A stretch of 64,000 nucleotides of DNA from an uncultured Sutterella sp. (GTDB taxonomy: Bacteria > Pseudomonadota > Gammaproteobacteria > Burkholderiales > Burkholderiaceae_F): contig CAMAHM010000002.1 of NCBI GenBank assembly GCA_945834535.1, positions 14,829 through 78,828 of the forward strand. The letters are read 5' to 3'. The notes below the pieces were generated by a model that saw nothing but the letters and a program-made list of their open reading frames with translations, made no database searches and was not told the DNA's origin. The position numbers were made by a program, and so were the translations under genes. This document shows positions 31,305-40,244 of the stretch, one piece after another; within the stretch, counting starts at the first letter, position 1, and each line of letters begins with the position of its first letter.

Positions 31305-31519
31305 AGGGTGAGACTTTACCGCAAAGCTTGACAAAAATCCCGCCTGCCGCCTGCGCAAACACCGCGCGGCAACCCGCGAGTCTTAAGCAAAAACGGGCAA
31401 TCGCCGTGCTAGAGTCACAGGTTACAGCGGCCGCCCGCCCGTTGTCGGGCGCTCAAAAGGCCGTTTCACGGGCGACGGGCCCGCATTTCAAGCGAACACC
31501 ATTAAGAGGACAGACAGTC

Positions 31520-32797
31520 ATGGGCATTAACGAAGCACTTTTTGAACGCGCTCAAAAGATCATTCCGGGCGGCGTCAACTCCCCGGTGCGTGCATTTAAA
31601 AGTGTGGGCGGTGCGCCTCGATTCATTGAACGCGCGCAGGGCGCCTACATGTTCGATGCGGCCGGCAAGCGCTACATCGACTACATCGGATCCTGGGGCC
31701 CCATGATCCTCGGCCACAATCACCCTGAAGTGATTGCCGCCGTGCATGCCGCGGTCGACCGCGGGCTTTCCTTCGGCGCCGTGACCGAAGGCGAAATCGC
31801 CATCGCCGAAGAAGTGGCCAAGATCATGGACAACGTCGAGCAGGTGCGTTTTGTGAGCTCGGGCACGGAAGCGGGCATGAGCGCCATTCGTCTGGCGCGC
31901 GGCTACACGAACCGCAACAAGATCATTAAGTTCGAAGGCTGCTACCACGGCCACTCCGACAGCCTGCTCGTCAAGGCCGGCTCGGGCATGCTCACCTTCG
32001 GCAATCCCTCGTCTTCGGGCGTCCCCGCCGGCACGACCGAACACACGCTCGTGCTTGAATACAACAATCCGCAGGCTCTGGAAGAAGCCTTCCGTCAGTA
32101 CGGCGACGATATCGCCTGCGTGATCGTCGAAGCTGTTGCGGGCAATATGAACATGGTTCCCGCCACTCAGGAATTCATGTCCGCGATGCGCGAGCTGTGC
32201 ACCAAGTACGGCGCCCTTTTGATCGTTGACGAAGTGATGACGGGCTTTCGCGTCGCCCTCAAGGGCGCCCAGAGTCTGTACAACGTTGTGCCCGACATCA
32301 CGATGCTCGGCAAGGTGATCGGCGGCGGCATGCCGGTGGCAGCCTTCGGCGGACGGGCCGAAGTGATGAGCAAGATCGCCCCTTTGGGCAGCGTTTATCA
32401 GGCCGGCACCCTCTCGGGTAACCCCGTGGCTGTGGCCTGCGGCCTTGCGACGCTCAAGCTCATTCAGGCGCCGGGCTTTTACGAAGAACTCGCCCGCAAG
32501 ACGACGCGTCTTGTGACGGGCCTTACCGAAGCGGCCAAGAAGGCCGGCGTTGAATTCTGCGCCCGCAGCCAGGGCGGCATGATGGGCCTTTTCTTCCTGC
32601 CCGAACTGCCCGGCGGCTTTGCCGACGTCATGAAGGCCGATCCCAAGGTGTTTGCCAAGTTCTTCAACAGCATGCTCGAGGACGGCGTCTATCTGGCTCC
32701 CTCGATTTTTGAAGCCGGCTTCGTGTCGATGGCTCACACCGACGAAGACATCGACGCCACGATTGCGGCTGCCGAACGCGCCTTCGCTTCTCTTTAA
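31520..32797 (+). CDS. hemL: glutamate-1-semialdehyde 2,1-aminomutase
   Basis: Track ORF 31037-32797 trimmed to ATG 31520 ([31 protein letters not shown]...). PLP-lysine context [10 protein letters not shown]. 425 aa. Confidence 0.95.
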   Translation: MGINEALFERAQKIIPGGVNSPVRAFKSVGGAPRFIERAQGAYMFDAAGKRYIDYIGSWGPMILGHNHPEVIAAVHAAVDRGLSFGAVTEGEIAIAEEVAKIMDNVEQVRFVSSGTEAGMSAIRLARGYTNRNKIIKFEGCYHGHSDSLLVKAGSGMLTFGNPSSSGVPAGTTEHTLVLEYNNPQALEEAFRQYGDDIACVIVEAVAGNMNMVPATQEFMSAMRELCTKYGALLIVDEVMTGFRVALKGAQSLYNVVPDITMLGKVIGGGMPVAAFGGRAEVMSKIAPLGSVYQAGTLSGNPVAVACGLATLKLIQAPGFYEELARKTTRLVTGLTEAAKKAGVEFCARSQGGMMGLFFLPELPGGFADVMKADPKVFAKFFNSMLEDGVYLAPSIFEAGFVSMAHTDEDIDATIAAAERAFASL

Positions 32798-32871
32798 TCG
32801 CTTCTTTCGCACCGGCGCAGGAGCCGGGCCGCTCGCCTGCGGTCCGTCCCTATTCCGGTGCTTTTTGTTCC

Positions 32872-35055
32872 ATGCGTTGTTTTCGTACTCTTCTGGCCGC
32901 CCTTGCCGGCACCCTGACGCTTGCCGCCCACGCGCAGACGGGGAGCTTTACGCAGGCGCTGCAGACGCCGCCGGGCGGCGCGCCCAAAACGGTCACCGTC
33001 GACATCGTTGCCAACCGCACGGCCGGCACGCCGCGCGCGGACTATCGGCTGGCCGTAAGGCTGCGTCATGAGCCGGGCTGGCACACATACTGGCGCTTTG
33101 CCGGCGACACGGGCTACGCTCCGGAAGTCGAATGGCGTCTGCCGCGCCGCTGGAGCGCCGAGCCTTTGGGCTGGCCGCTGCCGCAAAAGCACAAAACCGG
33201 GACGCTCACCAATTTCGTCTATTCGGGCGAAGTCCTGCTGCCCTACAAGCTCGACATCCCCTGGGGCACGCCCTACGGCACTTCGGGCACCATCAAGGCC
33301 AAGGTCGAGTGGCTTGCCTGCAAGGACGTGTGCATTCCCGGTGAAGCCGAAGTGAGCTTCCGCGTGCCCGTCGATGTGGCAAGCAAACCTTCCGAGCACG
33401 CCCGGCTTTTTGATGACGCGCGCCGCTCGATTCCCGAGCACGTTTCAACCGAACACATCGCCGCCACGCTCGAAGGCGACAGACTGCAGGTTGACTTTGC
33501 ACCGCTGGCGGGCAAAATCGATAAAACCATTGAATTCTTCCCGCTCTCCGAAGGCGTTGTCGACTTCAAAGACCTTGACCGCATGCATGTTTCGGACAAG
33601 GGTGTGTCGCTCTACCTCAAAATGCACAAGGAGTGGGTCGAACAACACGCGGGCAAACCGGATGCCGTTCTTGACGGCGTCTTTGTGGCCGACGGCGGCC
33701 CCTTAAAGGGCGGCTGGGCCATTCACACGACCGTACCCGTCAAAAGCGGTACCGTCGCTCTGCCCTGGGTCAGCGTCAAGCCGGCTCCCAAAGCCGCACC
33801 CGTCGCCGTTCCCGAACCGCCTCCCGCCGAACCCCTCGGACAGAGCACGGCACTGCTCTTTGCCTTTTTGGGCGGCCTTATTCTCAACCTGATGCCCTGC
33901 GTCTTTCCGGTGCTGTCGCTCAAAATTCTGCAGCTCGTCGACTCCACTCGCCGTCAGGGCTCGCTCGCAAGCCACGGCATTGCCTTTACCGCGGGCATTT
34001 TGGCGAGCATGCTGGCACTTTCGTGCCTGTTGATGGTGCTGCGCAGCCTGGGCTGGGCCATCGGCTGGGGCTTTCAGCTGCAGACTCCCTGGGTGGTAAG
34101 CGTGCTTGCACTTTTGTTCGTATCGCTTGCCCTGAACCTCTTCGGTCTGTTTGAATTTACCGCCGCCTCGCATCTGGCCGACAGCCGCGCCGTCAAGTCT
34201 CTTCCCACCACGGGACCGGCGGGGAGCTTCTTTACGGGGGTTCTGGCCGTCATCGTCGCCTCGCCCTGCACGGCCCCCTTTATGGGAGCTGCGCTCGGCT
34301 ACGCCATTTTGCAGAGCAATGCCGAGAGCATTTTCATCTTCCTTGCGCTCGGCGTCGGCATGGCCCTGCCCTGGCTGCTTCTGACGCTTGTTCCGGCGTG
34401 GACGCGTTTTCTGCCGCGTCCGGGCGCCTGGATGGTCACCTTTAAGCGCATCATGGCACTTCCCATGCTGGCTGCTGCGCTGTGGCTGATTTGGGTGCTC
34501 TCGCGTCAGGTCAACTTCTTCGGCATCTGCACGCTCCTGCTTGCCATGGGAGCCGTGTCGGCTTTCCTGTGGGCACTCGGGCGCGAGCAGTACGGCCGCG
34601 GACAGAGCAAGATCCTCAAGGCCGTGACGGCGTTGGTGTCGGCCGGCTGCGTTGCCGTGCTCGCCATGGGCACGTTTGATCGCGCCACCGCAGGCAACTC
34701 CAACGAAGGCGCCTGGCAGGCCTGGAGCGAAGAAGCAGTGAGTGCCCAGATCGCCAAGGGGCATCCGGTGCTCATCGACTTTACGGCCGCCTGGTGCGTG
34801 ACCTGTCAGTTCAACAAGGCTGCAGCCCTTCGCACCGACGCGGTCGCCGCCAAAATGAAGGATCTCGGCTACGTCAGCTTTGAAGCCGATTGGACCAACC
34901 GCGACGCTCGCATCACCAAGATGCTCAACAAATTCGGCCGCACGGGAGTGCCGCTTTACCTCATCTACGCCCCCGACGGACGAGTCACCGTCCTGCCCGA
35001 GCTTCTCACCGAAGCCGTGCTGTTAGAGGCGCTTGACAAACACGCGCGAAAATAA
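32872..35055 (+). CDS. dsbD: DsbD-family protein-disulfide reductase (ScsB-like long N-terminal domain)
   Basis: Signal peptide, then a periplasmic N-domain of about 320 aa (HTYW, LACKDVCIPG). Central DsbD TM core (LMPCVFPVLS ... ASPCTAPF) and a C-terminal thioredoxin domain with WCVTCQ. Confidence 0.88.
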   Translation: MRCFRTLLAALAGTLTLAAHAQTGSFTQALQTPPGGAPKTVTVDIVANRTAGTPRADYRLAVRLRHEPGWHTYWRFAGDTGYAPEVEWRLPRRWSAEPLGWPLPQKHKTGTLTNFVYSGEVLLPYKLDIPWGTPYGTSGTIKAKVEWLACKDVCIPGEAEVSFRVPVDVASKPSEHARLFDDARRSIPEHVSTEHIAATLEGDRLQVDFAPLAGKIDKTIEFFPLSEGVVDFKDLDRMHVSDKGVSLYLKMHKEWVEQHAGKPDAVLDGVFVADGGPLKGGWAIHTTVPVKSGTVALPWVSVKPAPKAAPVAVPEPPPAEPLGQSTALLFAFLGGLILNLMPCVFPVLSLKILQLVDSTRRQGSLASHGIAFTAGILASMLALSCLLMVLRSLGWAIGWGFQLQTPWVVSVLALLFVSLALNLFGLFEFTAASHLADSRAVKSLPTTGPAGSFFTGVLAVIVASPCTAPFMGAALGYAILQSNAESIFIFLALGVGMALPWLLLTLVPAWTRFLPRPGAWMVTFKRIMALPMLAAALWLIWVLSRQVNFFGICTLLLAMGAVSAFLWALGREQYGRGQSKILKAVTALVSAGCVAVLAMGTFDRATAGNSNEGAWQAWSEEAVSAQIAKGHPVLIDFTAAWCVTCQFNKAAALRTDAVAAKMKDLGYVSFEADWTNRDARITKMLNKFGRTGVPLYLIYAPDGRVTVLPELLTEAVLLEALDKHARK

Positions 35056-35081
35056 GGGGCAACCAACGCATCTGCGACAGG

Positions 35082-35118
35082 CGACGGCAGTCTTTCCGAG
35101 TGCCGTCGTTTGTTTTTC
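35082..35118 (+). terminator. rho-independent terminator after dsbD
   Basis: CGACGGCA-GTCTTTCCGAG-TGCCGTCG followed by TTTGTTTTT. Confidence 0.75.
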
Positions 35119-35369
35119 GGCAACGTTCTTCCCGACACAAGACGAACGCGGATATGGATATTTATCCCATAGATATTTGTCTACTCCGACGCGTTGCCCC
35201 TTTTTCCGAAGAGGATAATCACTCCGTGGTATGCCCCCCACAAAAAGAATTAGGTCGAAAGGAGTAGTTCCTTTCTCCGTCAGGGGCTGCCTGCCGCGGG
35301 CGTTTTGCGTAAAAAAAACGCCCCCGCCGCTTAGATGCGGCCCTTTTTATCACCCAGGAGTGAACATCC

Positions 35370-37958
35370 ATGTCCGACACCACTGTCGACCTTCGCCTGT
35401 CTCGGCGCAAGCTGCTGCAGACCGGCGGCGCGACGACCCTCGCCGGTTCGACCGGCATGCTCGGTGCGGCCGCTGCCGCCCTCGTCCCGTCCGAAGCTCA
35501 ACTCAAAGAACTTGAAAAGCAAGGTTGGAGCCGTCACCCGATGGCCTGCGTCATGTGCGGCGCCTACTGCGGCCTGCTCGCCATGCGCAAGGACGGCGAA
35601 CCGCTGAGCGAAAAAACCGTCCGAATCTTCCCCAATCCGGAACATCCCCAGCGCGGCTACTGCGGTCGTGCGGCTTCCACGATGTGGATCTGGAACCATC
35701 CGCTGCGCATCCGCAAGCCCTTAAAGCGCGTCGGAGAACGCGGCGAAGGCAAGTTCAAGGAAGTGTCCTGGGACGAAGCGCTCAATGACATCGCTGCGCG
35801 CCTCAAGAAGGTGGTTGACGCCCACGGCGAACAGTCCGTCGTCTCGACGAGCCACTCGTTCTCGAGCTACAGCGGCTGGATCACCTTCCCCCTGGGTTCG
35901 CCCAACAACATCGGCCACAGCGCCACCTGCAACGGTGCCGGCATCGGCGCCCGCGACTGGGTGTACGGCAAGGGCTTTTCGGGTGCAGGCAAGCTTGAGC
36001 CCGACTACGCCAACCTGCGCATGCTCATCCTCGTGGGCCGCTCGATGGGCAGCTCCATGGGTGCTTTGCACACGCTCAACATCGCCCGCGCCAACGGCGC
36101 CAAGGTGGTATCCGTTGATCCGCGTATGCCCGACATCGCCTACGGCGACGCCCATTGGATCCCGATCAAGCCGGGCCAGGACAGCGCCTTTGCCCTCGGC
36201 ATGCTGCACATCATGATCAACGAGAAGCTTGCCGACTTCAAGTTCCTCGCACGCCACACCAACGCCGCCTATCTCATTCGCGAAGACGGCCGCCCCCTCA
36301 CGCAGGCCGACGTTCAAAAGGACGGCCGAGCCGACCTGTACGGCGTCTTTGACCGCACGAGCGGCCGCGTGGTCTTCCAGGGCGTCGAACGCAACGAAAA
36401 GGGCGTCAACGTGCGCTTCATCGAATCGGCCGACACCGACGCCGACCTGTGCTACGAAGGCTCGGTTCAGACGGCAGCGGGCGAGGTGCGCGTGCGTACG
36501 GCCTATCTGCTCCTGAAGGACGAATGCGAAGCCTTCACGCCGCAGCACACCGCCTCGATCACCGGCATCCGCGCCGACGAACTTGTGCGTCTGACGCGCG
36601 ACTTCGCCACCCACAAGGGCGTCATCGACGACGGCTGGTACACCTCCAAGAACGGCAACGAGATCAACAGCTACCGCCTGCTGAACATCCTCAACGCCTT
36701 TAACGGCAACATTGACCAGAAGGGCGGCATGATCGTCACGGCCGGCGCCGGCTACAAGCGCCCCGGCGTGTCCGCCGGCAAGGGCCCCAACGGTCAAAAG
36801 TGGGACATGGTCAAGGCCAAGCGCATCGACAAGATCGTTTCGCCTGAGTCGACCGGCAACTTCTGGGTGGCGCTCGAAGCCGCCCTCAGCGGCAAGCCCT
36901 ACCCCGTGCGCGCCGTCTTCTGCGTGGGAACGACGCTCTTTCACCGCGAATCGGATTCGGCCCGTCTTGCCAAGGCGCTCGCCTCGCTCGACCTGCTCGT
37001 TGTGCAGGATCTGCTGCCGCACGAAGTGTGCGACTGGGCCGACTATGTGCTGCCCTCGACGTTCTACGCCGAACGCTATGAAACGGGCGGCGTGAAGTGG
37101 GCCCGCGACGGCTCGCTCTACGTCTCCGAAGCCGCTCTGACGCCGCCCGCCGGCTGTGAAGCCCGTCACGACGTCTGGTCGCTGCTCGAAATCCTGCGCC
37201 GCGCCTACCCTGAACGCGCCGAGCGCGTCGGCTACACCGAATGCCGCACGGCCGAAGAATTCGCCAAGTTCTGGAAGAGCTTCGACGACAAGGGCATCAA
37301 GAAGTACGTGGCCGCCGCCGAAGAAAAGAAACCCGGCTCGGGCGCCAAGATTCTCAAGGATCTTCAAACCAAGGGCTTCTCGACCGTCAAGATGAAGAAG
37401 TACGGCGAATACCCGTACGTCAAGCCTTTCGGCACGCCCACGGGCAAGGTCGAAATCTTCGGCTTCAAGTCGCTTGCCAAGAAGGGTTACGACGCCATCC
37501 CGGCCGTGCCGCGCTACATGAAGGCTCCCGCCTACACAGCTCCCAAGCCCTACTCGAATGAATTCGTGCTCGTCTCGGGCAAGAACTGCACTTCGTGCTC
37601 GGGCCTCAATATGTTTGCCGCCACGACGCGCTTTATCGGCGACCGCACTCTCTGGGTCAATCCCGTCGACGCCAAGCGTCTGGGCATCGCCAACAAGGAC
37701 TTCGTCAGCGTTGAGGGTGTGGATCGCGCCTACAAGGCCAAGTGTCAGGTGACCGTCACCGAAAAGGTTGTCGCGGGCAGCGTGTTTGCCTTCGGCTTCT
37801 CGGGCGGCGTGCGCACCAAGACGCTCGTCAACGACCCGCGCTTTGCCTTCGTCAAGGAAGGCATCAATTCGCACTGGTACGCCACCGGCTATGCCGAACC
37901 CGTCAACGGGTGCCTGGCCAACAACAGCTGCGTCCGCATCGTCCCCTTGAAAGGCTGA
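35370..37958 (+). CDS. Tat-exported Mo-bisPGD oxidoreductase catalytic subunit, PsrA/PhsA/TtrA clade (substrate unknown)
   Basis: Twin-arginine signal (LSRRKLLQTGGATTLAG), N-terminal FeS motif CVMCGAYC and a Cys Mo-ligand context HSATCNGAG that aligns with PhsA ASTCPAG. 862 aa. GGAG RBS 9 nt upstream. Confidence 0.85.
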   Translation: MSDTTVDLRLSRRKLLQTGGATTLAGSTGMLGAAAAALVPSEAQLKELEKQGWSRHPMACVMCGAYCGLLAMRKDGEPLSEKTVRIFPNPEHPQRGYCGRAASTMWIWNHPLRIRKPLKRVGERGEGKFKEVSWDEALNDIAARLKKVVDAHGEQSVVSTSHSFSSYSGWITFPLGSPNNIGHSATCNGAGIGARDWVYGKGFSGAGKLEPDYANLRMLILVGRSMGSSMGALHTLNIARANGAKVVSVDPRMPDIAYGDAHWIPIKPGQDSAFALGMLHIMINEKLADFKFLARHTNAAYLIREDGRPLTQADVQKDGRADLYGVFDRTSGRVVFQGVERNEKGVNVRFIESADTDADLCYEGSVQTAAGEVRVRTAYLLLKDECEAFTPQHTASITGIRADELVRLTRDFATHKGVIDDGWYTSKNGNEINSYRLLNILNAFNGNIDQKGGMIVTAGAGYKRPGVSAGKGPNGQKWDMVKAKRIDKIVSPESTGNFWVALEAALSGKPYPVRAVFCVGTTLFHRESDSARLAKALASLDLLVVQDLLPHEVCDWADYVLPSTFYAERYETGGVKWARDGSLYVSEAALTPPAGCEARHDVWSLLEILRRAYPERAERVGYTECRTAEEFAKFWKSFDDKGIKKYVAAAEEKKPGSGAKILKDLQTKGFSTVKMKKYGEYPYVKPFGTPTGKVEIFGFKSLAKKGYDAIPAVPRYMKAPAYTAPKPYSNEFVLVSGKNCTSCSGLNMFAATTRFIGDRTLWVNPVDAKRLGIANKDFVSVEGVDRAYKAKCQVTVTEKVVAGSVFAFGFSGGVRTKTLVNDPRFAFVKEGINSHWYATGYAEPVNGCLANNSCVRIVPLKG

Positions 37959-37966
37959 TCTGAAAA

Positions 37967-38545
37967 ATGACTGAAAAGAAAAAGCAACTCGCGCATCTTT
38001 TTGATGCCACTCAGTGCATCAACTGCGGAGCCTGCTCCGTGGCCTGCGCGCAGACGAACTACCCCGAACTCATCAACGAGTTCAACCCCGGCTGGAACAC
38101 GATCTACTGCAACATCCGTCAGGTCAAGGTCGAGAAAAAGCGCCCGCTGCAGATTCTCGTGCAGTGCCAGCAGTGCTCCGACGCTCCCTGCGTGGACACC
38201 TGCCCCTTCGGCGCCAACTACTACGACGAAAACGGCATGGTGCGCAACGATCCCAACAAGTGCATCGGTTGCAACTACTGCATCGCTTCGTGCCCGTACA
38301 ACGCCCGTTGGACGCACCCGGTCACGGGGCTGCCGAGCAAGTGCATGGGCAAGGGATGCCTGGATCTGATTGCGCAGGGCCAGCAGCCGGCGTGCGTGAC
38401 GGCCTGCCCGGCCGATGCGCGTCTGTTCGGCGACACAACCGATCCCGAATCGGCCATCTCCCGTCGTCTGGCCAAAAACAAGACCGCCAAGCTTCTTGAG
38501 CAGCGCGGAACCAAACCGAACTTCTACGTGGTGGTGTCGAAATGA
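37967..38545 (+). CDS. 4x[4Fe-4S] electron-transfer subunit (PsrB/PhsB/NrfC-like)
   Basis: 192 aa with Cys clusters CINCGACSVAC, CQQCSDAPCVDTCP, CIGCNYCIASCP and C...CVTACP. Confidence 0.9.
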   Translation: MTEKKKQLAHLFDATQCINCGACSVACAQTNYPELINEFNPGWNTIYCNIRQVKVEKKRPLQILVQCQQCSDAPCVDTCPFGANYYDENGMVRNDPNKCIGCNYCIASCPYNARWTHPVTGLPSKCMGKGCLDLIAQGQQPACVTACPADARLFGDTTDPESAISRRLAKNKTAKLLEQRGTKPNFYVVVSK

Positions 38546-39426
38546 TGGAACTCACTGACTTCACGGCCCAAACCCAGGTTGCACACTGGGGCTGGACCAT
38601 TGCCCTGTTCCTGTGGCTCGTCGGTCTGTCGGGCATGGGCATGTTCTTGAACAACTGGGTCCGTCACAAGGCCCTCGTGTACGTGTGCTGCGCCGCCGGC
38701 ATTCTGGGCACACTCCTCGTGGTGAGCCACCTGGCGCGCCTGCTGAACCTGCCCTGGGCCGCCATCAGCGCGCTTTTGGATCTGTCGTTCAACTTCGGCA
38801 GCTGGATGTTTATCGGCATTTGCCTTTTGGTGGTGCAGTGCGTGGTGACGTTCTTCTACTCGCTCGTTCTGGCGGACGTGATCAAGTGCGAGTGCTGCCG
38901 CAAGCTGTGCGCCGGCAACCCCCTCAACTGGTTCTGCGCCGCCGTGGGCGTAGCCGCCACGATCTACTCGGGCTTCCTGCTGACGCAGGCCGTGGGCGTG
39001 ACGCTTTGGAACACCGCCCTGCTGCCGCTGCTGTGGATCATGTCGGGCATGGCGAGCGCCATCGGCTGCATCGAACTGCTGATGGTCTCGGGCCGCATTC
39101 CGGCCGCCACCGTGGCCTGGAGCCGCCGCACGGCGCTGTGGGTTGAAGTGGTCGAACTCTTCACGATCTTTGCCTTCGTGCACGTGGCCCTGAGCTCGAG
39201 CTCTTCGGCCGCCCGCATGGGTGCTCAGGCGCTCGTGAGCGGTCCGCAGTCGGTCATGTTCTGGCTCGGCGTGATCGTTTTTGGCTCGATCATCCCGCTG
39301 TCGATCAACTTCACCACGCGCAACCACAAGGCTCTGGCCGTCTCGGCCGTGCTCGGTGTGATCGGCGCCCTTCTGCTGCGTGCCTGCGTGCTCTTTGCCG
39401 GGTACTACGAACCCGTGCTGCTCTAA
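38542..39426 (+). CDS. NrfD/PsrC-family integral membrane quinol-interacting subunit
   Basis: 294 aa, about 8 TM segments. ATGA overlap with the upstream FeS-subunit stop. Confidence 0.85.
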   Translation: MMELTDFTAQTQVAHWGWTIALFLWLVGLSGMGMFLNNWVRHKALVYVCCAAGILGTLLVVSHLARLLNLPWAAISALLDLSFNFGSWMFIGICLLVVQCVVTFFYSLVLADVIKCECCRKLCAGNPLNWFCAAVGVAATIYSGFLLTQAVGVTLWNTALLPLLWIMSGMASAIGCIELLMVSGRIPAATVAWSRRTALWVEVVELFTIFAFVHVALSSSSSAARMGAQALVSGPQSVMFWLGVIVFGSIIPLSINFTTRNHKALAVSAVLGVIGALLLRACVLFAGYYEPVLL

Positions 39427-39444
39427 AACGGCACACCATGCAAA

Positions 39445-39469
39445 ACGGCCGGGGAACACTCCCGGCCGT
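39445..39469. terminator. hairpin between the convergent molybdoenzyme operon and the response-regulator gene
   Basis: ACGGCCGGG-GAACACT-CCCGGCCGT, preceded by CAAAA and followed at a distance by a T-tract. A second hairpin plus T7 lies at about 39505-39541. Confidence 0.4.
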
Positions 39470-39550
39470 GCATGTCAGTTTTCTGTCCCGTTCCGATCCG
39501 TCCGACGCACCCCAAGGGCGTCGCAAGACGGGTCGTTTTTTTATACTCGC

Positions 39551-40207
39551 TCAGTGCGCCTCTTCCTTGGGCTCAATGCCCGAAACCTCACCGTTGACGA
39601 GCATCAGAAAGCGCGTCATTTCCGAGGCCGTGCGCATACCGAGCTTGCGGCGCAGCGAAGCGCGGTGCGAAATCACGGTCTTTTCGGTAATGCCGAGATT
39701 AAAGGCAATCTGCTTATTGAGAAGCCCGTCGGCCACGCCCTGCACCACTTCTTTTTCGCGCGCCGAAAGTTGAGAGTAGGCCGTGCAGGCCTGATCGCGG
39801 GTCTGCTTTTCACGCACATCGTGTCGGTTTTTCTCCAGGGCCCCCGTCACCACTTCAATGAGGCGGTCGACCTGTACGGGTTTGGGCAGAAAATCATAAG
39901 CCCCGTCCTTAACGGCTTTGACGGCCATGACGATGTCGCCGTGCGCCGACACGAAAATCAGCGGCAGGATGCTGTGTCGGCTCTTTAATTCCACCTGCAG
40001 CTCGAGCCCCGTCATTTCGGGCATGCGCACATCGCACACGATGCAGCCCGGAATGCTCGGATCGTCGTCGCGCAAAAACTGCACGGCTCCCGTGTATGTC
40101 TTGACCGTCAAACCTTCTGCCTGCAAGGCAAACTTCCAGGAACGGCGCATCTGGTCATCGTCGTCGATCACGCGCACAAGCACGTCGGGTCGGCCGTTGA
40201 GTTCCAT
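39551..40207 (-). CDS. FixJ/NarL-family response regulator, TtrR-like
   Basis: Receiver domain (VRVIDDDD...CDVRMPEMTG...FVSAHGD...KPV) plus LuxR-type HTH (LSAREKEVVQGVADGLLNKQIAFNLGITEKTVISHR). ATG 40207 with GGAGA RBS preferred over the track start at 40261. Confidence 0.88.
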   Translation of the reverse strand: MELNGRPDVLVRVIDDDDQMRRSWKFALQAEGLTVKTYTGAVQFLRDDDPSIPGCIVCDVRMPEMTGLELQVELKSRHSILPLIFVSAHGDIVMAVKAVKDGAYDFLPKPVQVDRLIEVVTGALEKNRHDVREKQTRDQACTAYSQLSAREKEVVQGVADGLLNKQIAFNLGITEKTVISHRASLRRKLGMRTASEMTRFLMLVNGEVSGIEPKEEAH

Positions 40208-40244
40208 ACTTTTTGTCTCCGTCTCTTGTCTTAGTCGTTCAATC

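Noticed and set aside
31037-31519. 5' extension of the hemL ORF (track 31037-32797), and the 5' extension of the EamA ORF to 31047.
   Set aside because: Both extensions run across the RNase P RNA gene and are Arg/Pro/Ser-rich. The HemL homology begins exactly at ATG 31520, and the EamA first TM begins just after ATG 30954.
35231-35515. 94-aa ORF starting in the molybdoenzyme leader, as a possible leader peptide.
   Set aside because: It has no RBS, reads out of frame into the catalytic-subunit gene, and is Pro/Arg-rich and shadow-like. The leader is better explained as RNA structure.
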